DNA from: Terriglobia bacterium
Lineage (GTDB): Bacteria > Acidobacteriota > Terriglobia > 2-12-FULL-54-10
Direction of reading: 5' to 3'
Length of the DNA stretch: 64,000 bases
Assembly: GCA_963666975.2 (NCBI GenBank)
Contig: CAXVYR010000002.1
Coordinates: 320,001-384,000, forward strand
Below the pieces are notes generated by a model. It did no database searches, was not told the DNA's origin, and saw only the letters and a program-made list of their open reading frames with translations. The position numbers and the translations under genes are program-made. Shown here in pieces: positions 37,507 through 48,980 of the stretch (position 1 is its first letter; every line of letters starts with the position of its first letter).

Positions 37507-38718
37507 ATGACCCTGCTGGCAATCACGGCGAAGAAACTTTTCACCCCCAGGGAAATAATCAAAGAAGGCATGGTGGTGATCGACGAGGGCGTGATCCGCA
37601 GTGTTGGGTCTCGGGAAGAACTGACGGTGCCAGCGGCGGCACGTCTGGTGGACTTGGGCGACCGGATTCTGGCTCCCGGCTTTGTGGACGTTCACATCCA
37701 CGGAGGCGGAGGCCACGACGTGATGGAGGCCACGCGGGAGGCCTTGGAAACCGTCGCCGCTATGGTCTTGCGGCACGGAACTACATGCTTTGTTCCCACC
37801 ACGCTGACGGCGGCTCCGCCGGTCTTGTCGAAATCGCTCGAAGGTCTAGGGTCCCTGATCCGGTCCTGGAAAAATCGGGGAGCCAAAACGCCCGCCCCAG
37901 GCGGCCTACTCGCCGAGCCTGTGGGGATACATCTGGAAGGGCCGTTTCTGAGCGCGGAATGCCGGGGCGCGCACCCACCGGGTGATCTGCAAGCGCCTTC
38001 CTTGCCTTTGTTCCAGCAATTGCAGGAGGCGGCAGGAGGTTGTCTTCGAATCCTCACCTTGGCTCCGGAGCTGGAGGGAGCCACGGAACTCCAAGCGGCT
38101 GCCATCCGCAGCGGAGTCCGAGTAGGATTGGGCCACTCCAATGCGACCTTCCGGCAAACCGAGACTGCGATTGCAGCGGGCGCTTCCCACGCCGTCCATG
38201 TCTTTAACACCATGCGCCGCTTCGAGCACCGCGAGACGGGAATTCTGGGCGCGGTTCTGACCGACGACCGAGTGCAGGCAGAGGTGATCGCGGATGGAGT
38301 GCACGTCTCCGCGCCTGCCCTGCGATTGCTGGTTCGCGCCAAGGGAACCGCCAACATTATGTTGATCACCGACGGCGTCAGCGCTACCGGAATGGGTCCC
38401 GGCCAGTACCGGCTGGGAGAAATGGAAATTCATGTGGAGGACGATCCGCGCACCGGTTTGCCTTCATGCCGCAACACGGAAGGGAGGCTCGCCGGCAGTG
38501 TCCTGACCCAGGATCGCGCCATCCGAAACATGGTCGATTTTACTGACGTGACATTGTGCGAAGCGGTTAGAATGGCCAGTTTGAATCCGGCACGGGTTTT
38601 GGGAATCGAACATCGGAAGGGGTCCCTTCAACCGGGCGCCGACGCCGACATGGTGGTCTTGGAGCCGGGCGGCACCGTTATGGGAGCGATGGCGCGAGGG
38701 ACCGGCAACTTCTTATAG
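37507..38718 (+). CDS. nagA: N-acetylglucosamine-6-phosphate deacetylase
   Basis: [50 protein letters not shown]. Confidence 0.95.
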   Translation: MTLLAITAKKLFTPREIIKEGMVVIDEGVIRSVGSREELTVPAAARLVDLGDRILAPGFVDVHIHGGGGHDVMEATREALETVAAMVLRHGTTCFVPTTLTAAPPVLSKSLEGLGSLIRSWKNRGAKTPAPGGLLAEPVGIHLEGPFLSAECRGAHPPGDLQAPSLPLFQQLQEAAGGCLRILTLAPELEGATELQAAAIRSGVRVGLGHSNATFRQTETAIAAGASHAVHVFNTMRRFEHRETGILGAVLTDDRVQAEVIADGVHVSAPALRLLVRAKGTANIMLITDGVSATGMGPGQYRLGEMEIHVEDDPRTGLPSCRNTEGRLAGSVLTQDRAIRNMVDFTDVTLCEAVRMASLNPARVLGIEHRKGSLQPGADADMVVLEPGGTVMGAMARGTGNFL

Positions 38719-38786
38719 AGAAACTGGCGCTGTTACCGCGAGCAAGGCGGCGGCAAAAAAATCGGCGGAGGTAAACAAGCTCTGAT

Positions 38787-40085
<1,299 letters not shown>

Positions 40086-40149
40086 CACTTGTCCTCATTA
40101 CTGCTGGCGCAAGGAAGAAGGAAGTATGATATCGAGGGTGGGGAGCCGG

Positions 40150-41148
40150 TTATTCAGCCGACCGCGCGTGAATTCTGACTTGAACCAAGGTCGGGGCCAT
40201 CAATACAAGATCTGCAATCGAGGCAAATCCAGCACGGCTGAGAACTCTGTAGATTGTTCTCAGAACTCGAGGAGTGGTAGGAGCATAATTGTCGATCACG
40301 TTGACCGGCGCCACCTCTGAAGCATAGCCATCCTTTTCCAGGAGGAGATTTAAATGCTTTTCTACCTCCCTGGGATCGTTCCAGTCGGCCCGGTACGAAA
40401 TAATGCCGTCCTTTCCAATAATAGAAACAGAATTCGGCCTGGCGCCATAATCTCTATTCATTGTTCCTTCAAGGTCATCAATCAAAATCGTGCGTCCAAC
40501 TGTTTCTAGCCGTTTGAGATCGTTTGCGTTGTTCACTTTCTCTGAAAAACTCTTGTGCGCTGGATAGTTTTCTCCGGGGTGAGCCTCCCGCACATACAAT
40601 ATATAAAAATCAACGCTGCCCCTGTATGTTCTCGCTAATGATTCCATCACGGGAATCATATTGATAAAAGGCGGTCAAGTAACGCTTCCAAATTCAACAA
40701 CAATTGGCCTCTCCTTCCAGAGGTCGGAGAGCCTCACCTCGTCTCCCGCCAAGGAATAGAGCGTCTCATCCAACGCTTCTCCCCCTGGAGTCACGCGCCG
40801 CTCTTCCCCGCTCAGATAGTACGAATAGTGAAATCGAGGGTAGTTGTATACGGAAACCGATTCGTAGGGAAACAGAACACCTGAGGCAACAAACACGGCG
40901 AAAGCTGCAATATACCCAAGAGCAGTAGTCCCGACGCATGTCATTATCCAGCGGACCCAGCTTGCACGTGCCCGGACGATTAGGGAATACGTCGCCGCAA
41001 GCAGCGGGAGCAAAAGTAAATATACAAGGAATGCTTCATTGATGACGAGACGGTCGCTTTGCAGGAGAGACCATCCCACAACAAGCGCCATTGCAAGAGC
41101 AGCGCCCAAGGGGAAAGCCAAATATGGATTGCGCGTGATTCTTTTCAT
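40150..41148 (-). CDS. Membrane-anchored iodothyronine-deiodinase-like selenoprotein (332 aa, Sec at residue 158)
   Basis: The two track ORFs are in the same frame, separated only by TGA (40675-40677) plus PPFIN. Read-through gives VVEFGSVT-U-PPF...FYILYVREAHP, the deiodinase active-site motifs. Three N-terminal hydrophobic helices. Confidence 0.88.
40638..40659 (-). promoter_or_regulatory. Candidate bacterial SECIS hairpin
   Basis: AUGAUUCC-CGUGAU-GGAAUCAU: perfect 8-bp stem starting 15 nt after the UGA, with G at loop position 2. Confidence 0.7.
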
Positions 41149-41302
41149 TGTACTCTCCAGACAAAAGGCTGCATTAATTACACTGCCATATTCCGGCTCG
41201 TGTCAAGAATTTTTCAGCACAGCCAAGCAGGCGGGCAACTCTGCTGACCGGCCACCCTCTTTGGGCAGCGATGCATTTCCCCGGTTTGCCGAACCGCTCC
41301 GG

Positions 41303-42664
41303 TCAATAGAGCAGGTACTCGTTCCGCATCCTCAGGAAGGCGGCGTTCTCCCCCTGCCAGTCCCGGGCGATTCGCCGGGGATCGTCGCCGTTGCGTATCC
41401 GTTCGAGCGTAGATTGATTGCCGAGAGACCGGGCAATGTCCTCCAGACGGAACCGTCCGGGGTAAAGCGCATGGAGAGCCGAGGCGATCTCAATTCCCAT
41501 CGCAACAGGCCGGAGAGCATTGCGGTCCGTAATGAGGATGCGGACACCCTGGCAGGCCTCCCCCGCAAAGACCGAACCGGACGGGGTAAACCGGACGGGA
41601 AGAAAACGCACTCCCGGAAGGCTCCTCCGGTTGAGGTAAGCGGCCAGCTCGGTTGCCTGAAGCTCTGTTGCCTGAATCTTTGTTTCCTGAATCTTTGTTT
41701 CCTGAATCCAGGGCGCTCCGAGCAATTCAAACGGGCTGCCGGTTCCGCGGCCTACCGAGACGTTTGAGAATTCCAGCAAACCCACGCCGGGGTAGAGCGT
41801 CGCCTGGCTCAGGTTGCGAATATTCGGTGAAGGGTTGACCCAGCCCAGGCCGGTGGAGTCGTGCCAGTCGCCGCGATTCCATCCCTTCATGGCGATGACT
41901 TCGAGGTCCGCGCCGAGCTGCTGTTCTTCATTGAACATCCGAGCCATCTCGCCGACGGTCATGCCATGACGAACCGGCATGGAGAAGTAGGCGATAAAAG
42001 AGCGCGCTTCCGGGTCGAGCAGAGGCCCTTCCACCTGAAGGCCGGAGATTGGGTTGGGACGGTCGAGCACCACAAAACGGATTTTCGCGCGGGCTGCTGC
42101 CTCCATCGCGTAACCGAGCGTGGTGATGTAGGTGTAAAAGCGCGCTCCGACATCCTGAATGTCAAAGACCAAGGTATCGATTCCCCGCAACATCTCCGGT
42201 GTCGGACGGCGTGTCTTGCCGTACAGGCTGAAGACAGGGATTCCAGTCCCACTGTCCCGCCCGGAAGGAACGTCGCTCTCCTCGGAACGGGCGGTCAAAC
42301 CGTGTTCGGGGCTGAAGGCGGCCACCAATTCCACGCCAGGAGCGGCAGCGAAAATATCCAAGGACCGCCGCCCCTTGCGGTTGACGCCGGTGGCGTTGGT
42401 AATCAACCCAACGCGGCGGCCGCGCAGGGACCGGAATCGGTTCGCCTCCAGCACGTCAATCCCGGTCAGGACCTCAGCCTGGAGAGAACCCAGCAGTAAA
42501 ACGAAAACCCAGGGCAAAAGGATGGCAGGGAGCCTTGCAGTGCTTCCTCTCGGCCGGAATCGAAAATTCACCCTTCTTTTATTGCTTCTTTGATTGCTTC
42601 TTTTGTTGCTTCTGGGCACGACCGGTTGTAAATTCAGTCGGTGTAGATTGGGTTGAGGTTTCAC
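41303..42664 (-). CDS. namZ: Exo-beta-N-acetylmuramidase (DUF1343)
   Basis: GLITNATG, FSPEHG, SLYG, FDIQDVGARFYTY, VLDRPNP, RHGMTVGE, PSPNI; true start is probably downstream of 42664. Confidence 0.9.
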   Translation of the reverse strand: MKPQPNLHRLNLQPVVPRSNKRSNQRSNKRRVNFRFRPRGSTARLPAILLPWVFVLLLGSLQAEVLTGIDVLEANRFRSLRGRRVGLITNATGVNRKGRRSLDIFAAAPGVELVAAFSPEHGLTARSEESDVPSGRDSGTGIPVFSLYGKTRRPTPEMLRGIDTLVFDIQDVGARFYTYITTLGYAMEAAARAKIRFVVLDRPNPISGLQVEGPLLDPEARSFIAYFSMPVRHGMTVGEMARMFNEEQQLGADLEVIAMKGWNRGDWHDSTGLGWVNPSPNIRNLSQATLYPGVGLLEFSNVSVGRGTGSPFELLGAPWIQETKIQETKIQATELQATELAAYLNRRSLPGVRFLPVRFTPSGSVFAGEACQGVRILITDRNALRPVAMGIEIASALHALYPGRFRLEDIARSLGNQSTLERIRNGDDPRRIARDWQGENAAFLRMRNEYLLY

Positions 42665-42700
42665 AACTTTTTATTTTGGCCTAAATTCTGCGGGCAGGCT

Positions 42701-43846
42701 ATGCAAGATTTTGATCTCCCGGCACAAGACCCGGCACTTAAAAAGTTCAGCAAGGCCCTGGAAATTCTGAACACCGCCGTCCGGCAGCATGCATTCCCCG
42801 GCGCCGTGCTGGCCGCAGGTCACGAGGGCAGACTCGCCATCCTGTCCGCAGGAAGGCTGGACTACTCGAAAGAGTCCCCGCCGGCGACGGCTGAAACGAT
42901 TTACGACCTGGCTTCCCTGACAAAGCCGGTGGCTACAGCGACGGCCGCCATGATTTTGGCTGACCGGGGAATGCTGCGTCTGGATCGCCCTGTCGCCGAT
43001 TACCTTCCGGACTTTCTGCAGCCCTTTGTCACCAGCGTAGACCCTTTATACGACGCCCGGAACGAGGTAACCGTGCGGCATCTGCTGGCCCACACCTCCG
43101 GGCTGCCTGCCTATGAAAAGTTCTTTGTGAGGGCGCGGGAGAAGTCCCACGTTCTGGAAGAAGCGCTGGCATTGCCGCTGGAGGAAACTCCCGGAAGGAA
43201 AACTATATACAGTGATCCGGGCTTCATTTTGCTGGGGGAGATTGTGGAGCGCGCTTCCGGCGAGCGGCTGGACGCGTGGTGCAAAAAAGAGATTTTCGAG
43301 CCGCTCCGTATGCAGGACACTTGCTTCAACCCTGCTCAGGACAGGTGGCAGCAAATTGCGCCCACGGAGTTGGACGAGAGTTTCCGGAACCGCCTGATCC
43401 GCGGCGAAGTCCAGGATGAAAACGCATGGGTCATGGGCGGGGTGGCGGGACACGCCGGACTGTTCGGCACCGCCGGGGACATGGCATCCTTCTGCCGGAT
43501 GATGCTGCAAGAAGGAAAACCAGACGGCTCCCAGTTGGTGCAACCCACGACGATCCGGGAATTCACTCAGGCCGGCCATGTTGCGGAAGGAGCATTGCAA
43601 GAAGCATCAGGCCGGGGCCTGGGATGGGACAAACCGAGCGAGCCATCCTCCAGTGGCCGCTACTTTTCTCGCCGCTCGTACGGGCATCTCGGCTTCACGG
43701 GCACGTCGCTTTGGATTGACCCGCAGAAGGCCCTTTTCGTGATCCTGCTGACCAACCGGATTCACCCCAGCCGCTCGAACGAAGCGATCCGGCAGGTCCG
43801 CCCAGCCGTGCACGATGCTGTGGTGGAAGCCCTGGAATCCGGCTAA
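42701..43846 (+). CDS. Serine hydrolase, beta-lactamase class C-like (AmiE/EstB type)
   Basis: YDLASLTK (SxxK), LLAHTSGL, YSDPGF, GVAGHAGLF, GHLGFTGTSLWIDP. Confidence 0.9.
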   Translation: MQDFDLPAQDPALKKFSKALEILNTAVRQHAFPGAVLAAGHEGRLAILSAGRLDYSKESPPATAETIYDLASLTKPVATATAAMILADRGMLRLDRPVADYLPDFLQPFVTSVDPLYDARNEVTVRHLLAHTSGLPAYEKFFVRAREKSHVLEEALALPLEETPGRKTIYSDPGFILLGEIVERASGERLDAWCKKEIFEPLRMQDTCFNPAQDRWQQIAPTELDESFRNRLIRGEVQDENAWVMGGVAGHAGLFGTAGDMASFCRMMLQEGKPDGSQLVQPTTIREFTQAGHVAEGALQEASGRGLGWDKPSEPSSSGRYFSRRSYGHLGFTGTSLWIDPQKALFVILLTNRIHPSRSNEAIRQVRPAVHDAVVEALESG

Positions 43847-44035
43847 TTCAGAAACTTCTATTCCTGCCAACTAGGAAGCTCCAATCAATTCGCTCTCGGA
43901 GCGGTACTTCTTCCAGGCGAACCAGAGGGCGGCTTTGCTTCCCCAACCTTGCGGGACAGTGTAAATTCTGGTAGAAAGGCACTTCAACTTCAATCACCAA
44001 ATCTCCTTCTAGTTTCCATCGAGAAAGAAGCGGCA

Positions 44036-45568
44036 ATGAGCTGGAAAGACCTGGCGGAAATGGCCCCGAAGCTGTCCGAGGCGGAGTTTCGCTTCGAGAA
44101 GAAGCGCCGGTTCATTGGACTGGTTCTGGGTCCGCTGCTGTTTGCTATTGCTCTTCTTGCACCCCCGTTAGAACACGTGACTCCCTTGGGCATGCGCACC
44201 GTGGGCATCTTCTTGTGGACCGTTACGTGGTGGATCTCGGAGGCGATTCCCATCCCTGCGACAGCTTTGTTCTCCATGGCCCTGCTGGTTGTCTGCGGAA
44301 TCCTCCCGGCGCAGGAAGCCTTCAATTACTGGGCCAACTGGGTCAATATTTTCCTCATTGGCGCCTTTATCATCGGACACGCCACCAGCATCCACGGCCT
44401 GACGCGCCGCCTTGCCTACCGCATGATCGCCTCGCCGCTGATCGCCGGCGACCCGTGGAGATTGCTGGTGTTATTTGGAGTTGGCCCGGCTCTATTCAGC
44501 GCGCTTATCTCCAACGTAGTCTCCACCATGATCTTTCTCTCGATCGCGCTGGGCCTGATGAAAACCCTGCAGTTCCCGCAAGAAGGCCGCTACGGCGAAT
44601 CACTGTGTCTGGCCATCGCTTGGGGAGCGGCCATGGGAGGAATTATCACCCCGGTCGGGTCGCCGCCCAATCTGATTATCCTCGGATTTCTGTCGCCGCT
44701 CGGCTACAGCATTGGGTTTGCCCAGTGGACCGCAGTCTGCCTGCCCGTCGCTGTGGCCGGGTTGGCGGCAATGTTTGTTGTGATTCGGTATATCCTTCGC
44801 CCGCAGACGACGGGCTGGCAAGTGTCACCGGAAACGCTCCGGCAGGAGTTGCAGAAGCTGGGCCCCATGAGCCGGGGAGAAAAAATAGCCGGCGGCGCGC
44901 TTCTCACCGCCGTGTTTCTGTGGGTGCTGCCGGACATGGCGCGTATCGTCTTAGGAAGAGATCACGCCTTCAGCGTCTGGCTCACCGTGCATTTGGGCTG
45001 GCAGGTAAGCGCCATTTTAGTGGCGACCGCGTTGTTTTTGATCCCGGTCGATTGGGAGAAACGAACATTTGCCATGAATTGGCCGGAGGCCGTAAGGGGA
45101 ATCGAATGGGGAACGCTGAGCTTGATTGGAGGCGCGCTGGCTTTAGGCAGCATGCTCGCTCACCGGACACTGGGACTGGGAGAGTTCTTTGCGCAAAACA
45201 TCTCTTCGCTGGCTGCCTCGGGCACTTCCCCGTTCTTCTTCGTGCTGGGGGGAGTCGTCTTTACGATCCTGCTCACCAACTTGGCCTCAAACGTGGCCAT
45301 CAGCAGCATGGTGGGCGCGCTCGCCCTGGCGGTGGCTCCTTCGACCGGACTCAACCCTCTCGCCCTGATGGTCCCCATCGCCTTGGCAAGCTCCATGGCT
45401 TTCTCGCTTCCCATGGCCACGCCTCCGAACGCCATCGTCTTCGCCAGCGGCGAGGTCCGCATCACGAACATGTTCAAGAGCGGAGCGGCTCTATCCCTGA
45501 TTTGCATAGCGATCCTCTCGCTGTTCGGTTTCATTTTAGCCGAATGGATTTTTCCCCAGGGCGGTTAA
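44036..45568 (+). CDS. DASS/SLC13 sodium-coupled anion (carboxylate) symporter
   Basis: WWISEAIPIPAT, ISNVVST, GGIITPVGSPPN, ASNVA, FSLPMATPPNAIVF. Confidence 0.92.
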   Translation: MSWKDLAEMAPKLSEAEFRFEKKRRFIGLVLGPLLFAIALLAPPLEHVTPLGMRTVGIFLWTVTWWISEAIPIPATALFSMALLVVCGILPAQEAFNYWANWVNIFLIGAFIIGHATSIHGLTRRLAYRMIASPLIAGDPWRLLVLFGVGPALFSALISNVVSTMIFLSIALGLMKTLQFPQEGRYGESLCLAIAWGAAMGGIITPVGSPPNLIILGFLSPLGYSIGFAQWTAVCLPVAVAGLAAMFVVIRYILRPQTTGWQVSPETLRQELQKLGPMSRGEKIAGGALLTAVFLWVLPDMARIVLGRDHAFSVWLTVHLGWQVSAILVATALFLIPVDWEKRTFAMNWPEAVRGIEWGTLSLIGGALALGSMLAHRTLGLGEFFAQNISSLAASGTSPFFFVLGGVVFTILLTNLASNVAISSMVGALALAVAPSTGLNPLALMVPIALASSMAFSLPMATPPNAIVFASGEVRITNMFKSGAALSLICIAILSLFGFILAEWIFPQGG

Positions 45569-45638
45569 ACCGAACCGGTTTCAGGCGCAGGGCTGCCCGA
45601 GTGGCGATGAGTACGGCTTCGCGGCTCCGCGCGCCGGC

Positions 45639-45825
45639 TACAGCGGTTTCACAAAAGGTGTATAGGACTCGACAGTCAAAGAAGCCACCCACTCGCTTAC
45701 GCTCATGGCTCGGCTTTCGATTCCCCTTTCAGGCCGAATCCGAGCCGCGACTGTAAAGGAGCGGGTTTCCGTGGATGTCGCCGCCACTGCGGGCACTGCT
45801 GTACACTATCTGTGAAAAGGCGCTA
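45639..45825. repeat. MITE-like element (IS630-like ends) with REP-like doublet
   Basis: tacagcggtttcacaaaaggtgtatag...ctgtacactatctgtgaaaaggcgcta; internal ccgagccgcgactgtaaaggagcgg. Confidence 0.65.
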
Positions 45826-45844
45826 AGCTCTGGTTCAGCTCTGG

Positions 45845-46924
45845 TTAAGCCGAGGCGTTAGCCGCCGCCGGCAGGCGGAACAGGGTTTCAAAATTCTTGT
45901 AGAAGATTTTCTTCTTGTCCGCAGCGCTCAGCGAGGATTTTTCCACCGCATCGGTGCATCCACGGATGGAAAATCTTCCCCCCTCGGCGTCAAACGGCGC
46001 GTCGGTGCCGAACAAGATGTGATCCACCCCAAAGAAATCGCAGGCGCACTCAAGGGAGGCCTTGGTGAAAGTTGACGTGTCCCCGTAGAAACACCGGAAA
46101 TATTCAATGGCGGGTTTTTTCAGCGGAGAGCCGCGTTCTGCCTCGATGAGCGGATCAAACATCCCCATCATGGCGACGATTCGGCCCGAAAAGAAGGAGA
46201 CCATGGCTCCGGTGTGGTGCACGATGATCTTTAAGTTGGGGAAATCTTCCAGGATTCCGCTGAAGACAATCCGCGCCATCGCCGCCGTGCTCTCGTAGGG
46301 CCAGCCGAAAATCTGCCAGATGCAGTATTTGGAGTGATCCTCGGCCAGATAATCGGGATGCTTTTGCGAGCGGGCCGGATGCAGCAGGATGGGCAGGTTG
46401 TAGTCCGACATCATCTGGAAGATGGGACGAAACTCCGGCAGGTCCAGGGGCTTGCCCTGCACGTTGGAAAATAGCTGCACGCCGCAGAGCTTCAGGTCCT
46501 GAATGGACCGCTCCAACTCTCTGGCGGCGGCGTCCGGCTTGTCCATTCCGAGCGAGGCCACGGCCCCGGCAAACCGGCTGGGATATTTCGCAACCAGCCC
46601 GGCCAGATCGTCGTTCAGTATTTTGGCCAGAACATCGCTGTCATTCGGGGCCACCACTTCCACGGGCGGACCGGCCACGCTCAGCACCTGCCGGTAGCCT
46701 TCAAACTCTTCCATCATCTGAAACCGGGCGTCGAGGTCGATCAGCACCTGGTAGTTTTCCATGCGCGACTTTCCGCCCTTCACATACTTGATATGCGAAG
46801 GGCTGTGCTCGACGAAATTACTTTGATCCTGCCGCTCCCACCTGGCTGTTTCGTACCCCTTCGGAAGAACATGACAAAAAACATCTACCCGCGGATTCTT
46901 GCGCTGACCCTTTCCCTGTCCCAT
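45845..46924 (-). CDS. Amidohydrolase_2 family protein (ACMSD/aromatic-acid decarboxylase-like)
   Basis: DVFCHV, LPILLHP, GWPYESTAAMARIVFSGI, IIVHHTG, ILFGTDAPF. Confidence 0.88.
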   Translation of the reverse strand: MGQGKGQRKNPRVDVFCHVLPKGYETARWERQDQSNFVEHSPSHIKYVKGGKSRMENYQVLIDLDARFQMMEEFEGYRQVLSVAGPPVEVVAPNDSDVLAKILNDDLAGLVAKYPSRFAGAVASLGMDKPDAAARELERSIQDLKLCGVQLFSNVQGKPLDLPEFRPIFQMMSDYNLPILLHPARSQKHPDYLAEDHSKYCIWQIFGWPYESTAAMARIVFSGILEDFPNLKIIVHHTGAMVSFFSGRIVAMMGMFDPLIEAERGSPLKKPAIEYFRCFYGDTSTFTKASLECACDFFGVDHILFGTDAPFDAEGGRFSIRGCTDAVEKSSLSAADKKKIFYKNFETLFRLPAAANASA

Positions 46925-46984
46925 TCGGCCTCCCCTTTGGACTATTCGTTAGACTGTTGGTTGAATTCGTAGATGGACTTCTAG

Positions 46985-47163
46985 CAGGTTGTTGCAAAAC
47001 ACCATTCGCCCGCTCCCTCACCCCTCGACTTCGCTCCCTTCGGCTATGCTCAGGGCAAGCGGGGCAGGCTCTCGCGGCTCGGAATCGGCGTGCTGATTGG
47101 GCCGTGCTTGCCGAGCCGCGCGCGTTAGCAAGCGGACCCATACACCAGTTTTTCAACAACCTC
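46985..47163. repeat. MITE (IS5/IS1182-like ends) with doubly nested REP-like hairpins, abutting the UbiD stop codon
   Basis: caggttgttgcaaaac / gtttttcaacaacctc flanked by CTAG and TTAG; nested cccctcgacttcgct[cccttcggctatgctcagggcaagc]ggggcaggc. Confidence 0.7.
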
Positions 47164-48630
47164 TTAGGAAGAGAACCCGTACTCCTTCCAGCGGCGGCGG
47201 ACTTTCTCCATTTTTTCCGGCGTAGGATCGGTGCTGGCCGGGAACGGCGCGCCATCCCTGGCATATTCCTCGAGCGGTTTGGTGGCGTCGATGCCGAGCA
47301 GATCCGACTCTCCCCGCCGGGAAGTGACCTGAGACGTATCGAGGGTGATCGACTTGCCTCCGGTCATCATGACCACGTCCCGGCAAGCCTGCACCCGCGT
47401 GGCAATAGCCCACTCGACCAGGAAGGAATTCCACGGGTCGATGTCCTCATCGACCACGGTGACGTGCTTGCAGAACAGGCTCGGGTGGCTCCAGACCTGG
47501 CACATTACGTCGCGGACATGCCCCGGATAGGACTTCCGGATGGAGACGTTCACATGAAAGCCGGCGCATCCGGCCTCGGTGACGCAGACGTCCCGGATTC
47601 CGGCCAACCCGGCGCGCCGCAAATGCTCAAAGACGGCCGCCGAGCGGCCCATGGTCCGCACGGTGGTGCTTTCGCTCGGAGGACGCCCTTCATAGGTGCC
47701 ATGGAATATGGGGTTTTTGCGGTGAGTGACCTTCTTGACCTCAATATAGAAGCTGTTCTTCACCACCCCGCCCATAAATCCGGGGAATTCCCCGAAGGGG
47801 CCTTCTTCCGGCCAGAATTTATCGATGGGCATCTCGCCCTCGATGATGATCTCCGCATGAGCCGGGACCTTCAGGTCGGAAAGCTCCGCCTTCACCAATT
47901 CCATCGGCTTTCCGCTCAGCCCTCCGGCGATGTCATACTCATCCACACCGTAGGGAACCGCCGATACGCTGGTCAGGCTGAGGTAGGGGTCCGGCCCGAT
48001 GACGACGGCGACCGGCATCGGCTTGCCGCGCTCTTTCCATTTGTCCCAGTGCATGCGGATGTGGCGATGAGGAATCAGCAGCACGTAACATCCCATCACA
48101 TCGGCCGTAAAGATTTGATTGCGATAATTGCCGACGTTGGTCCAGCCGGTGTCGGGATCGCAGGTGACGATTCCGTGCAAGGTCCCCAGTTCCGGACCGC
48201 CATCCAGTTCGTGCCATTTCGGCACAGGAAACGGTTCGGCGAAAAGGTCCACCTTGTCCAGGACAACCTCTTTGCAAGGGGCTTCCTCGCGGGGGATCAT
48301 CCTGGGTTTGACTGGATTGCTATAAGCCTGTCGCCACTTGGCCGAGATGGCCTCGATGGTAGGCTCGATACCGAGAGCCAGCGCGTAACGCTCCCTGGTG
48401 GCCAGCGCCCCTACCAGCAAAGGCGTCCGGTAGTTGCCCACCTTTTCAAACTGCAGGGCCGGACCCTGGCGGTCAAAGTTTTCGCGACAGATGGCTCCCA
48501 CTTCCCAATCCTTCTCCACGGGAACCTGTATGTGATGAATCAATTGTTTCTTTTCTAATACGGCAAGGAAGTCTCTCAAGCTGCCGATTGTGGTCTCCAT
48601 CTGGGTTTTCGTTGTGGTGACTGTAGCCAT
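47164..48630 (-). CDS. UbiD-family (prFMN-dependent) decarboxylase/carboxylase
   Basis: SLRDFL, APCKEV, WHELDGG, NVGNYR, AEIIIEG, EEGPFGEFPG, VVDEDIDP, IDATKP. Confidence 0.93.
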   Translation of the reverse strand: MATVTTTKTQMETTIGSLRDFLAVLEKKQLIHHIQVPVEKDWEVGAICRENFDRQGPALQFEKVGNYRTPLLVGALATRERYALALGIEPTIEAISAKWRQAYSNPVKPRMIPREEAPCKEVVLDKVDLFAEPFPVPKWHELDGGPELGTLHGIVTCDPDTGWTNVGNYRNQIFTADVMGCYVLLIPHRHIRMHWDKWKERGKPMPVAVVIGPDPYLSLTSVSAVPYGVDEYDIAGGLSGKPMELVKAELSDLKVPAHAEIIIEGEMPIDKFWPEEGPFGEFPGFMGGVVKNSFYIEVKKVTHRKNPIFHGTYEGRPPSESTTVRTMGRSAAVFEHLRRAGLAGIRDVCVTEAGCAGFHVNVSIRKSYPGHVRDVMCQVWSHPSLFCKHVTVVDEDIDPWNSFLVEWAIATRVQACRDVVMMTGGKSITLDTSQVTSRRGESDLLGIDATKPLEEYARDGAPFPASTDPTPEKMEKVRRRWKEYGFSS

Positions 48631-48980
48631 GATTTGATTCCTTTTCTTGAGGATCGCGCGAGCGCGTTGGAAGGGCACTCTGCCTCAATTCTTTGTTACT
48701 ATGAAGTGCAGTGCTACGCGAAAGAGGAAGGATAAATCCAAACGCGAATAAAGGCAACCACCATCAGCGAGACCCGAGAACCCACATTTTCGTAGCCAAT
48801 TTAGAACAGGCAAGCATAGAGTGCGATAGCTCCCTGGAGCGAGTATGCCGGGGTATGCTTGATACCAAGGGCCAGTTGGCGTATGATTTTGCGCGAAAAC
48901 GAGGGGAAAGCTGGGGGAGCAGTTAAACTATTCATATATTAACGCTTACCAAGAAACAACGATCAGAAAGCGGGTTCGCG

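Noticed and set aside
48876-48892. Sigma-54 promoter-like TGGCGT...TTGC upstream of the acyl-CoA dehydrogenase
   Set aside because: GG-to-GC spacing is 11 nt rather than the strict 10
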